NCBI GenBank assembly: GCA_016214565.1
Contig: JACROE010000002.1
Coordinates: forward strand, 984,007-1,048,006
Source of the DNA: Candidatus Kerfeldbacteria bacterium
GTDB lineage: Bacteria > Patescibacteriota > Patescibacteriia > UBA10025 > JAHIVO01
Reading direction: 5' to 3'
Length of the DNA stretch: 64,000 nt
In this document: one piece after another, positions 47,927 through 56,248 of the stretch
Layout of the letters: each line of letters opens with the position of its first letter
Position numbering within the stretch: the first letter of the stretch is position 1
Translations under genes and position numbers: made by a program
The notes under the pieces: model-generated
The model's database searches: none
Told to the model about the DNA's origin: nothing
The model's input: the letters and a program-made list of their open reading frames with translations, nothing else

Positions 47927-48289
47927 CTATTCAAAACTAACGTGCTTAAGCATTGTCCGGCGTTGCCGGTTTTTAGGAAGCATATTGGTGAGCACTTTGA
48001 TAAATAGATTGCTCGAACCCTTCGCATGAACAGTAGCCCAAGAAGTGCTCTTCATTCCACCGGGATACCGTGATGTTTTCCAATACTTTTCATTTACAAG
48101 TTTTCGGTCATCAATCTTAAGATGCTTGATATTCTGAATTACCACTTTTGTCCGTGGTACCTGTTCCGGCGCATACGAAGCGGATGTTTTCCCCATGAGA
48201 TGCCGCGCAACAACAGAGGCAAGTCTGCCTAACCGCTGATTGGTAGCATCGAGTGTAATAGTATTTGATTGCAGTGGTTTATTTGGCAT
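47927..48289 (-). CDS. rplM: Ribosomal protein L13
   Basis: TITLDATNQRLGRLASVVARHLMGK...YPGGMK is L13. Start set at an internal ATG to remove the spurious overlap with rplQ; the ORF track extends to 48424. Confidence 0.8.
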   Translation of the reverse strand: MPNKPLQSNTITLDATNQRLGRLASVVARHLMGKTSASYAPEQVPRTKVVIQNIKHLKIDDRKLVNEKYWKTSRYPGGMKSTSWATVHAKGSSNLFIKVLTNMLPKNRQRRTMLKHVSFE

Positions 48290-48296
48290 ACGGTAT

Positions 48297-48647
48297 TTAA
48301 ACGTAGGTAATAATAACCATAGGCGCGGCATCACCTGTTCGTTTGAATAACTTCGTAATACGGAGATAGCCTCCATTTCGGTCCTTATACCGTACAGAAA
48401 TATCTGAAAGCAGTAATTTTGCAACAGCAGCGCTTCCCGTTTGCTTTATGATTTCACGTCGCGCATGAAGCGTATTGCGTTTTCCCGTGGTAATAAGTTT
48501 TTCTAAAACAGGTTTAATCGCCTTTGCTTTTGCCTCGGTTGTAGTCATTTTTCCATGGATGAAAAAAGACCGATAGAGATTTTTAGTTAATCCCCGACGA
48601 GCTGAACCGGACCGTCCTAATTTTTTAGCTGTTCTACGATGTCGCAT
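48297..48647 (-). CDS. rplQ: Ribosomal protein L17
   Basis: MRHRRTAKKLGRSGSARRGLTKNL... is the L17 N-terminus. Confidence 0.85.
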   Translation of the reverse strand: MRHRRTAKKLGRSGSARRGLTKNLYRSFFIHGKMTTTEAKAKAIKPVLEKLITTGKRNTLHARREIIKQTGSAAVAKLLLSDISVRYKDRNGGYLRITKLFKRTGDAAPMVIITYV

Positions 48648-48653
48648 GAGAAA

Positions 48654-49463
48654 TTATTTAGCTTCTTTTTTCGGCCGTCCGCGCTTCTTCTTAGCCTTCT
48701 CTTCTGGCGCATCAATTTCAGCCTCAGCTGCGTCATTCTTATTTTCTGCCACTTCCTTTTCTGGCGTCGCTAATGGTGAAGCAAGTTCAACAACTTTACT
48801 AAATTGGTCAACTAGTGCCTGAGCAGCATAGCGAAGCGCGTCTTGAGGAGTGATCGTTCCGTCAGTGAGTACGGTCAAAATAATTCGATCATAATTGGTC
48901 ATTTGCCCAACACGAACGTTCTCTATTCGGTAATTTACATTCTTAACCGGCGTAAATACTGCATCAATATTGATAGTGCCAAGCTGCGCATTATCCTTAT
49001 TAATATTTTCTACCGGTAAATAACCACGACCGCTTTTTACTGTTAATTCCATTTCAAATGTTGAAGTCTTGCTGGTCAAGGTCGCAATTCTTTGAGATGG
49101 ATTTGATAATTCAATATCGCTATTAAGCTGAATATCTTTTCCGGTGACAATCTGGTCTCCTTTGGCGGAAATTTTTACCACAACCGGTTCTTCGCTATGA
49201 ACTTTGAATCGAAGCTTTTTCAAATTAAGAATTATTTCTACGACATCTTCTTTAACTCCTTCAAGTGCGGTAAATTCATGGGTTATCCCCTTAATCTTTG
49301 CAGCGGTAACCGCAGCTCCGGGTAACGATGACAGTAAAACTCTTCGTAAAGAATTTCCAATCGTGTTGCCATAGCCTGGATACGCCGGGCCGATAATAAT
49401 ATCAGCCTGATTAACTCCTGTTTCTTTTATTTCAATTATTTCTGGTAATGGTATCTGTTCCAT
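48654..49463 (-). CDS. rpoA: RNA polymerase alpha subunit lacking the alpha-CTD, with an acidic linker and AT-hook tail
   Basis: The NTD is conserved (IIGPAYPGYGNTIGNSLRRVLLSSLPGAAV). The protein ends after about 230 aa of NTD with ...EEKAKKKRGRPKKEAK and has no CTD. Confidence 0.85.
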   Translation of the reverse strand: MEQIPLPEIIEIKETGVNQADIIIGPAYPGYGNTIGNSLRRVLLSSLPGAAVTAAKIKGITHEFTALEGVKEDVVEIILNLKKLRFKVHSEEPVVVKISAKGDQIVTGKDIQLNSDIELSNPSQRIATLTSKTSTFEMELTVKSGRGYLPVENINKDNAQLGTINIDAVFTPVKNVNYRIENVRVGQMTNYDRIILTVLTDGTITPQDALRYAAQALVDQFSKVVELASPLATPEKEVAENKNDAAEAEIDAPEEKAKKKRGRPKKEAK

Positions 49464-49480
49464 AACGCAAATTTATTTGG

Positions 49481-50095
49481 TTATCGAGAGTAAAATTCAA
49501 TTATTAACGAAGTGTCAAATCCCTGGTCTAAGCTCTCAGCTGCAGGTAGTGAAGTAACTTTCCCCACCAGCGTAGCCTGATCAACAATTTCTAACCATTG
49601 TGGTACATCCTTAATATTCAGTGCTTTTGACGATTCTACGAACATTTGTCGAGTTAAGCTTTTTGGCTTTATTGATACCGTATCTCCGATTTTTACTTGA
49701 TAGGATGGGATATTAACCTTTTTTCCATTAACCATCACATGGCCATGGCTAACAATTTGGCGAGCAGTGTCTCTGGTTCGCACAAATTTAAGGCGATAAA
49801 CAACATTATCAAGCCGCATTTCTAAAGATTGGATTAAAAAGGCACCGGCATCGCCTTTTGCCTTTTTTGCATTCAGCACATAACCCCGGAATTGACGTTC
49901 GAGAATTCGATACAGTCCTGCCGCCTTCTGTTTTTCACGCAATTGTGTACCATATTCAGTAATCCGTTGTTTTCCTTTTGGACCATGCTGGCCCGGTCGG
50001 TACGGTCGACGAACCACTGGACACTTCGGTGAATCGCAGAGTTTTTCGCCGAATTGACGGCATAAACGGTGTTTTGGGCCTAATTTACGTGCCAT
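49481..50095 (-). CDS. rpsD: Ribosomal protein S4
   Basis: MARKLGPKHRLCRQFGEKLC... with the zinc-finger-like N-terminus and the S4 domain. Confidence 0.9.
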   Translation of the reverse strand: MARKLGPKHRLCRQFGEKLCDSPKCPVVRRPYRPGQHGPKGKQRITEYGTQLREKQKAAGLYRILERQFRGYVLNAKKAKGDAGAFLIQSLEMRLDNVVYRLKFVRTRDTARQIVSHGHVMVNGKKVNIPSYQVKIGDTVSIKPKSLTRQMFVESSKALNIKDVPQWLEIVDQATLVGKVTSLPAAESLDQGFDTSLIIEFYSR

Positions 50096-50098
50096 ATG

Positions 50099-50503
50099 TT
50101 ATACGCGGCGAACCTTTGGTGGACGAACGCCATTATGAGGTATTGGAGTTAAATCTCTAATTGACTGGATAATAATGTTATTTGCACTAAGCGAGCGAAT
50201 CGCTGACTCACGCCCTGAGCCGACGCCTTTGACATACACATCAACTGATTTAAGCCCAATCGGTTTAACCCGCTCAACTACGTCACGAACAATAAGGCTC
50301 GCGGCATACGGTGTAGATTTTTTCGGGCCTTTAAAACCCTTATGGCCAGCCGAAGACCACGCCAATACATTCCCCTGTGCGTCAGTTATCGAAATAATTG
50401 TATTGTTGTACGTTGCCTGAATATAGGCACGTCCGTGCGCAACAAATTTCTTTTTCGATTTACGTGCGGACGGAATAATCTTTTTTTTCTCTTCTGTTGT
50501 CAT
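50099..50503 (-). CDS. rpsK: Ribosomal protein S11
   Basis: YIQATYNNTIISITDAQGNVLAWSSAG... Confidence 0.9.
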   Translation of the reverse strand: MTTEEKKKIIPSARKSKKKFVAHGRAYIQATYNNTIISITDAQGNVLAWSSAGHKGFKGPKKSTPYAASLIVRDVVERVKPIGLKSVDVYVKGVGSGRESAIRSLSANNIIIQSIRDLTPIPHNGVRPPKVRRV

Positions 50504-50508
50504 ATAAA

Positions 50509-50904
50509 TTATGTTTTCTCAGCAGCTTTAGATCTACCCGATCCCATAGTCCGACGCACATTACCACGGACCGTGCGGGTATTAGTTTTTGTACGTTGGC
50601 CACGAACCGGCAATTTTCGTGAATGACGAGACCCACGATAAGTACCAATTTCTTTAAGTCGCTTAATGTTCAACAAAATTTCCCTTCGCAGTTCACCTTC
50701 TACTCGATGCGTTTTCTCAATAATGTCTCGAAGTGAGTTTACCTGACTTTCAGTTAATTCATGTGTTCGGGTATTCCCATTAATGGATGCTGTTTCTAAT
50801 ATTTTACGAGAGCGAGAAAGCCCAATGCCATAAATATATGTTAACGCAATCTCAATTCTTTTTTGCTGGGGCAATGTAACACCCGCGATACGTGCTGCTG
50901 GCAT
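50509..50904 (-). CDS. rpsM: Ribosomal protein S13
   Basis: [28 protein letters not shown]... Confidence 0.9.
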   Translation of the reverse strand: MPAARIAGVTLPQQKRIEIALTYIYGIGLSRSRKILETASINGNTRTHELTESQVNSLRDIIEKTHRVEGELRREILLNIKRLKEIGTYRGSRHSRKLPVRGQRTKTNTRTVRGNVRRTMGSGRSKAAEKT

Positions 50905-50909
50905 AAATA

Positions 50910-51023
50910 TTAACCTTGTCGCTGTTTATGTTTAGGATTATCACAAATCACGTACACTCGTTTCTTTCTTCGAATAACGTGGCATTTCGGACACATGGCT
51001 TTTACTGAAGCTCGCACTTTCAT
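50910..51023 (-). CDS. rpmJ: Ribosomal protein L36. Not in the ORF track; found by hand translation.
   Basis: Reverse-strand translation gives [37 protein letters not shown], the L36 zinc-ribbon, between infA and rpsM. Confidence 0.85.
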   Translation of the reverse strand: MKVRASVKAMCPKCHVIRRKKRVYVICDNPKHKQRQG

Positions 51024-51031
51024 AGAAAATC

Positions 51032-51256
51032 TTATACGCGGAAAATAATACGTCCTTTGGATAAATCGTAAGGTGTCATTTCAACCTTCACGGTATCTCC
51101 GGGAAGAATGCGAATTTTATGCATACGCATCTTGCCTGACAGATGAGCATGAATGGTGTGCCCATTCTCAAGGCGTACTTTAAAGGTTGTTGCAGGAAGT
51201 AGCTCTTCGACTACTCCGATAACCTCGATAAAGCCTTTATTTGATTTATCCCCCAT
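51032..51256 (-). CDS. infA: Translation initiation factor IF-1
   Basis: [60 protein letters not shown] is S1-like IF-1. Confidence 0.9.
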   Translation of the reverse strand: MGDKSNKGFIEVIGVVEELLPATTFKVRLENGHTIHAHLSGKMRMHKIRILPGDTVKVEMTPYDLSKGRIIFRV

Positions 51257-51261
51257 GATAA

Positions 51262-51288
51262 TAAAAAATCTTACCTCGTACAGGCAAG
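51262..51288 (-). terminator. Terminator-like hairpin plus U-run 5 nt upstream of the infA start codon; possible attenuator
   Basis: Minus strand reads cttgcct-gtacg-aggtaag (7 bp with one G-U), then AUUUUUUAUUAU, then AUG. Confidence 0.3.
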
Positions 51289-51369
51289 AAATGAGTTAAA
51301 ACTCATATACCCTGCGCTGGCGACCCAAAAGCTTGAGATCTGAAATGATAGTATAAAATGCTCACGGAG

Positions 51370-51397
51370 AGTATACCACTTAGCTAAAAAAGGTCAA
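51370..51397 (-). promoter_or_regulatory. Sigma70-type promoter TTGACC-16-TATACT upstream of the infA/rpmJ/alpha operon
   Basis: Minus strand reads ttgacc ttttttagctaagtgg tatact. Confidence 0.45.
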
Positions 51398-51431
51398 GTG
51401 TCTTTTTAAAATATTAATATTTTTGCTAACC

Positions 51432-53252
51432 TTAGCCTTTTCCACCTACCGTTGCTTTTATTCTACGAATACCGGCTGAAGAAGATTTTTCTGAGACTAT
51501 TTTGAAAATACCGAGCTCTCCAGTATTAGAAACGTGAGGACCACCGCACAATTCTTTAGAAAAATTGCCAATTGAATACACAGTCACCATGTTTCCATAT
51601 TTTTCCTTAAAGAAGGCAAGCGCTCCGGCTCTTATTGCTTCATCGTACGACATTTCCTTTTTTTCAACTGACAGATTAGCCTGAATCTGCTCATTAACGA
51701 GATCTTCTACTCGCTTCAGTTCGTCAGGAGTCATTTTCGTTGGATGTTCAAAATCAAAGCGAAGCCGTTCGGCATTAATATCAGATCCTTGCTGTCGTAC
51801 GTGAGGTCCGAGAACAGTCCGAAGTGCCTGATGTAGCAAATGCGTTGCTGTGTGCAGCTTAGTCATTTCAACTTTTTGTTCAGGCGTCAGCTCGGAACTA
51901 TTGATGCCGTGCCCGCCAAATTTACTTTGGCTTGCTGCTCTGGATTTTTCCTGATGAACTGCAACCAGTTTATTAAATTCCACTTCGTCAAACTGATAGC
52001 CCTTCCGTTTTAGCCGATCAAGGGATAAGCCGTACGTCGAAAACAACGTAAAAGCTTCCTGGGCACTTAAAGGCACATGAGAAAATGATTGGGATTCCTC
52101 CTGATCACGATATGGAATGCCTTTTAATTTCTGTACAAGCTCGCTTACGTCGAGTTTGAGAACCTTTTCATAGGCAGCACGTTCTTGAGCTAGTGCGGCG
52201 AGAATCTGTTGTTCATTATTCTTCAAATGTGGGTAATCCTCATAATAATTCTTAATTACTTGCGATACAAGTTTTTCCAGGTGGGTTGGTTGATGCAAAT
52301 ATTGGTCAAGTGCTCTCCTGAAAATTCTACGCAAAATATAGCCCTGTTCTTTATTACTAAAACTGATACCGTCAGCAAGTAAAAAAACCGTGCCCTTGAT
52401 ATGGTCGGCCACTATTCGACTGCGCCAAATATCCTCAATGTCAGTCGTTGATCCAAACATCGGATCGCTTCGAACAAGCTCAACCAAAGAATGATTTACG
52501 TCAATATCACTAACGGCTCTTACTCGCTGCATGATCATGGCAAGACGCTCAAAGCCCATACCCGTATCAATACTTTTGGTCTTCAGTTTCTTGATCACGC
52601 CCTGCTCATTCATGTGATATTCAGTAAAAACCAAATTCCATATCTCGATACAAGATCCGTTTGCTGCATTCGGACCATACAAAGCATCAGTTACAGGCAC
52701 ATCCGCCATGTCATAGTGGATTTCCGAGCTCGGGCCGCACGGGCCACTTTTACCCGGAGGTCCCCACCAGTTATCCGCACGCTCAAAACCAACGATGCGT
52801 GATTCATCAACATATTGCTTCCAAATCTTTTTTGACTCAAGATCAGCTGGCACATCAGCATCACCTTTAAAATACGTAATCCAAATGCGTTTTTTATCAA
52901 GCTTTAATTCATCAACTAAAAATTCCCAGGCAAAACGAATAGCCTCCTCTTTAAAGTAGTCATTAATCGAAAAATTACCCAGCATTTCAAAAAAAGTACT
53001 GTGAGTTGCATCCCCAACCGATTCGATATCAGACGTTCGAAAACAGCGCTGGATCGAAGCTAAACGGCAAGCTCCAAAATCAGCATTGGGATCCTTTTCG
53101 CCCATAAAATATGGTTTAAACGGCTGCATACCAGCAGTTGTCAAAAGAACAGATGGATCGTCTTGAGGCCATAGAGATGAAGACTGAACTATACGATGTT
53201 CTTGTTCTTCAAAAAACCTAATGAATTTTTTTTTAATAGCGTGGGACTTCAT
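51432..53252 (-). CDS. alaS: Alanyl-tRNA synthetase, short form (catalytic + editing core, no C-Ala domain)
   Basis: Class II AlaRS N-terminus (LLTTAGMQPFKPYFMG...FRTSDIESVGDATHSTFFEMLGNFS). Editing-domain HxxxH (HTATHLLHQAL) and CGGPHV. Only 606 aa. Confidence 0.85.
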   Translation of the reverse strand: MKSHAIKKKFIRFFEEQEHRIVQSSSLWPQDDPSVLLTTAGMQPFKPYFMGEKDPNADFGACRLASIQRCFRTSDIESVGDATHSTFFEMLGNFSINDYFKEEAIRFAWEFLVDELKLDKKRIWITYFKGDADVPADLESKKIWKQYVDESRIVGFERADNWWGPPGKSGPCGPSSEIHYDMADVPVTDALYGPNAANGSCIEIWNLVFTEYHMNEQGVIKKLKTKSIDTGMGFERLAMIMQRVRAVSDIDVNHSLVELVRSDPMFGSTTDIEDIWRSRIVADHIKGTVFLLADGISFSNKEQGYILRRIFRRALDQYLHQPTHLEKLVSQVIKNYYEDYPHLKNNEQQILAALAQERAAYEKVLKLDVSELVQKLKGIPYRDQEESQSFSHVPLSAQEAFTLFSTYGLSLDRLKRKGYQFDEVEFNKLVAVHQEKSRAASQSKFGGHGINSSELTPEQKVEMTKLHTATHLLHQALRTVLGPHVRQQGSDINAERLRFDFEHPTKMTPDELKRVEDLVNEQIQANLSVEKKEMSYDEAIRAGALAFFKEKYGNMVTVYSIGNFSKELCGGPHVSNTGELGIFKIVSEKSSSAGIRRIKATVGGKG

Positions 53253-53298
53253 AATTACAGTATAAAGATTTAAACTTTATTTGTAAAACAGTGCATGA

Positions 53299-54393
53299 TT
53301 ATTTTACAATTATTCCGCCACCCAAAAGTCTGCCTCGGCTATAAAGCGCGGCAATTTGACCAGGGCTAACTGCACGCTGCTTTTGTACAAAGTCTAAACG
53401 ATAAAAGTTCCCTTTTTTTCGCAATTTTGCTTTTTGTAATGGCTGACGATATCGAATACGCACCTGACATACGAGTGGAACGTTAGGTATTTTTTCAACC
53501 CAGCTTGAATTTTTAAACACGAGTCGTGTTTGAAATAACGGTTTGTTATCTGATGCTGGGGTAACAACTAATTCATTTTTTTTAATATTTTTTTCTACTA
53601 CATAATATGGGATGCCACCGCCAATACCAATACCATGACGCTGACCAATAGTATAGATACTCAGGCCTTCGTGTTTACCAATAACTGTTCCATTCGTCAT
53701 AACAATATTTCCCGGCTTAGCAGGAATAAATTGTCGAATAAAGTCCTTAAACTTTACTTTTCCAATAAAGCATATTCCTTGACTATCTTTTTTATCATGG
53801 ACGTGTAAATGATTCTTTTTTGCAATGCGTCGAACTTCTGACTTCAATAATGTTCCCAGAGGAAACAAGGAACGCTGCGCCTGTGCTTGCGTAAGAAGGG
53901 CTAAAAAATACGACTGATCTTTCGTATGATCACGAGCTGCGTGAAGCGAAACTATATTTTGACGGGTCGACCGTCTCACATAATGGCCTGTTGCAATATA
54001 ATTTGCGCCGTGAGCAAGCGCATATTTTAAAAAAACTTTGAACTTAATTTCACGGTTACACAACATGTCAGGATTTGGCGTTAATCCAGCTCGGTAGCCC
54101 TTGATCAAATATTCGACTACCTTAGCACGGTACGCATCTTCAAATGTTGCTATCTGATGCGGAATGCCAATTGTTTTGCAAACACGTAAAAAATCTGCAG
54201 CATCTTGTTCCCACGGGCACTCATCAGCTAGTGGATCGGACCAATTTTTCATATAAACGCCGGTAACGTCATATCCTTGCTGCTGCAGTAATAAAGCCGC
54301 AACTGAAGAATCAACTCCGCCGGACATTGCTACGAAAACGCGTTTATGTTTATTATTTACAATACCAGTCATATCAAAAAAGTATACAAACAC
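53299..54393 (-). CDS. mnmA: tRNA 2-thiouridylase MnmA
   Basis: PP-loop VFVAMSGGVDSSVAA, plus the catalytic Cys and C-terminal barrel typical of MnmA. Confidence 0.85.
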   Translation of the reverse strand: MFVYFFDMTGIVNNKHKRVFVAMSGGVDSSVAALLLQQQGYDVTGVYMKNWSDPLADECPWEQDAADFLRVCKTIGIPHQIATFEDAYRAKVVEYLIKGYRAGLTPNPDMLCNREIKFKVFLKYALAHGANYIATGHYVRRSTRQNIVSLHAARDHTKDQSYFLALLTQAQAQRSLFPLGTLLKSEVRRIAKKNHLHVHDKKDSQGICFIGKVKFKDFIRQFIPAKPGNIVMTNGTVIGKHEGLSIYTIGQRHGIGIGGGIPYYVVEKNIKKNELVVTPASDNKPLFQTRLVFKNSSWVEKIPNVPLVCQVRIRYRQPLQKAKLRKKGNFYRLDFVQKQRAVSPGQIAALYSRGRLLGGGIIVK

Positions 54394-54414
54394 GAATTGT
54401 CATCGTGGTAAAGC

Positions 54415-55722
54415 TTAGTATAGCGCTTCAATAACTTCTCGCAAGTGTTTCAGTCGAGGAGAATAAAACTCAGACTCAGTTATATGTTGCGAGGCAAACA
54501 GCGCGTTCTGGGGCTTGTGTTTGCGTAACCGCTGGTACTTCCGAGGATAATGACGTTCAATGCTACCAAATGGAAGTATAAAAATTCGATCTTTTTTAAG
54601 CTGATCGATTAAGGCGTCTTCAGATTCCATGGCAGACCCCTGAAGATTTTTTTGCACTAAAGCAATTCCGGTATCGTATAAGCCATCGTGGTCAAGTAAA
54701 ACAGCATACGGAACGTCAAAAACTCTTAATAACTCGACGTACAAATCCATGTTGCTTTTACCGTACGTTTGAATAACTTTAATATCTTTATCGCCATGAT
54801 AAAAACGATCAATTAAGCCGCGCATCAAAATATGATCAGAGGGTCCCTCTACCAAAAGGACGCTGTCCGAGAAAAACATTTCCAAATTGTCCGCATTAAG
54901 CTCTTGTCTGAGACGGCTGTAATTAATTCGATGGCCACTAATCCGAGGAGAATGCACGCGCGTAGAAATACCATCACGGGTTACTCGAAAAACGCGGTGT
55001 AAATTAGTTGCCGTAATAAATAATGGTGAATGAGTCGTAATAAATATTTGATCTCCATCGTTTTCCTTTTCGAGGATTGAATAAAGCCGTTTGACTAAAG
55101 CTGGATGCAGATGAATTTCCGGCTCTTCAAGTAATAATATTGTGTATTGAGGATGAAAAAAATACAGTAAAATTGTAAAAATTTGCTGAAACCCGTCACC
55201 AAGCCGTTCAAACGTCCTATCGACTCCCCCTTCGTGAACTACCGTACGACGAAAAAAATCATCCGACAGTTTAATCTTTGGGAAATGCTTTTCTATTGAT
55301 TTTTTGAATTCTCGATAACGATGGGGGTAATCATGTTGAAACTTTTTATAAACATTTTGCAATTCAGATGCTGACACGGGATATACAGCTGAAATACGCT
55401 TAATGTGCTTTTGCATTAGTGAACGAACACGATTAATTGGGAATCGCTTACCATTTAAATTCGCAATAACATTCTGTCCTCGCTGAACAATCTCCAAAGT
55501 TCGTCGTGTTGACCCAAAAACGGAAAAAACAATGCGTAATTGAGTTTGAATGTAATTAAGTCGACCTGGATTAGCTTGATATAACTGACTAATTGCATCA
55601 AGAATATTAGTTTTACCTGAATTATTAGGGCCAATAAAAATATGCATTGAACCGGGATTTGGCAGTGCAAACGGAACTAAAATACTCTTATACTTTTCTA
55701 TACCAATGTCAATTATCCTCAT
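54415..55722 (-). CDS. OLD-family (overcoming lysogenisation defect) ABC-type ATPase + Toprim nuclease
   Basis: Walker A GPNNSGKTN, Walker B/D-loop ILLLEEPEIHLHP, H-loop TTHSP. C-terminal Toprim LLVEGPSDHILM ... LLDHDG (E and DxD). Confidence 0.7.
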   Translation of the reverse strand: MRIIDIGIEKYKSILVPFALPNPGSMHIFIGPNNSGKTNILDAISQLYQANPGRLNYIQTQLRIVFSVFGSTRRTLEIVQRGQNVIANLNGKRFPINRVRSLMQKHIKRISAVYPVSASELQNVYKKFQHDYPHRYREFKKSIEKHFPKIKLSDDFFRRTVVHEGGVDRTFERLGDGFQQIFTILLYFFHPQYTILLLEEPEIHLHPALVKRLYSILEKENDGDQIFITTHSPLFITATNLHRVFRVTRDGISTRVHSPRISGHRINYSRLRQELNADNLEMFFSDSVLLVEGPSDHILMRGLIDRFYHGDKDIKVIQTYGKSNMDLYVELLRVFDVPYAVLLDHDGLYDTGIALVQKNLQGSAMESEDALIDQLKKDRIFILPFGSIERHYPRKYQRLRKHKPQNALFASQHITESEFYSPRLKHLREVIEALY

Positions 55723-55734
55723 CGCCGTAAATTT

Positions 55735-56235
55735 TTATGAAGCCTGGTTATGGTGAATTGATTTATAAAATGTATCAAGCGCGCGCATCTGTGAACGATT
55801 CGGGCATGCACTTGGACGGTGAGCCTGGATATGTCGAACTGCTTGTTGAGGTGTCATACGTCGAGCCAAAATGTAGTATGCGGCTGCTAATGTTGGTGCT
55901 CGACCATTACCTGCATTACAGTGAATATAGCAGTGCATATGGTGTCGAACCATATCTTCGATAAAATGCGAACCAATAATTAACTGAACCTGAGAGGGTG
56001 GGGTAAAATCTGCTGTGGGTAGCCATAAAAATGAAGCGACCCCAGAAGGCTTATCTATTTTTTCCTCCTGCAGATCAATGTCAGCCTTCATACCTAAAGC
56101 AAGCAATTTTTCAAAATGAGCACGTGTGGCAATAGTAGTACCAATGTATACATACGGATCAATTTTTGAAAAATTGAATGGTTCTATACGTACATTTGGG
56201 TACGACAGCGCCGGGATTTCAAAACGTTTAGACAA
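55735..56235 (-). CDS. Dual-specificity (Cys-based) protein phosphatase domain protein
   Basis: CX5R P-loop HCNAGNGRAPT, with an upstream Asp-containing loop. Confidence 0.7.
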   Translation of the reverse strand: MSKRFEIPALSYPNVRIEPFNFSKIDPYVYIGTTIATRAHFEKLLALGMKADIDLQEEKIDKPSGVASFLWLPTADFTPPSQVQLIIGSHFIEDMVRHHMHCYIHCNAGNGRAPTLAAAYYILARRMTPQQAVRHIQAHRPSACPNRSQMRALDTFYKSIHHNQAS

Positions 56236-56248
56236 GAACGTGTGGTTA

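Noticed and set aside
47927-48424. A 165-aa ORF suggesting a long rplM or an rplM-rplQ fusion or frameshift
   Set aside because: The N-terminal 45 codons overlap the rplQ 3' end in another frame and show no L13 similarity. An internal ATG at 48289 gives a normal-length L13 starting right after the rplQ stop.
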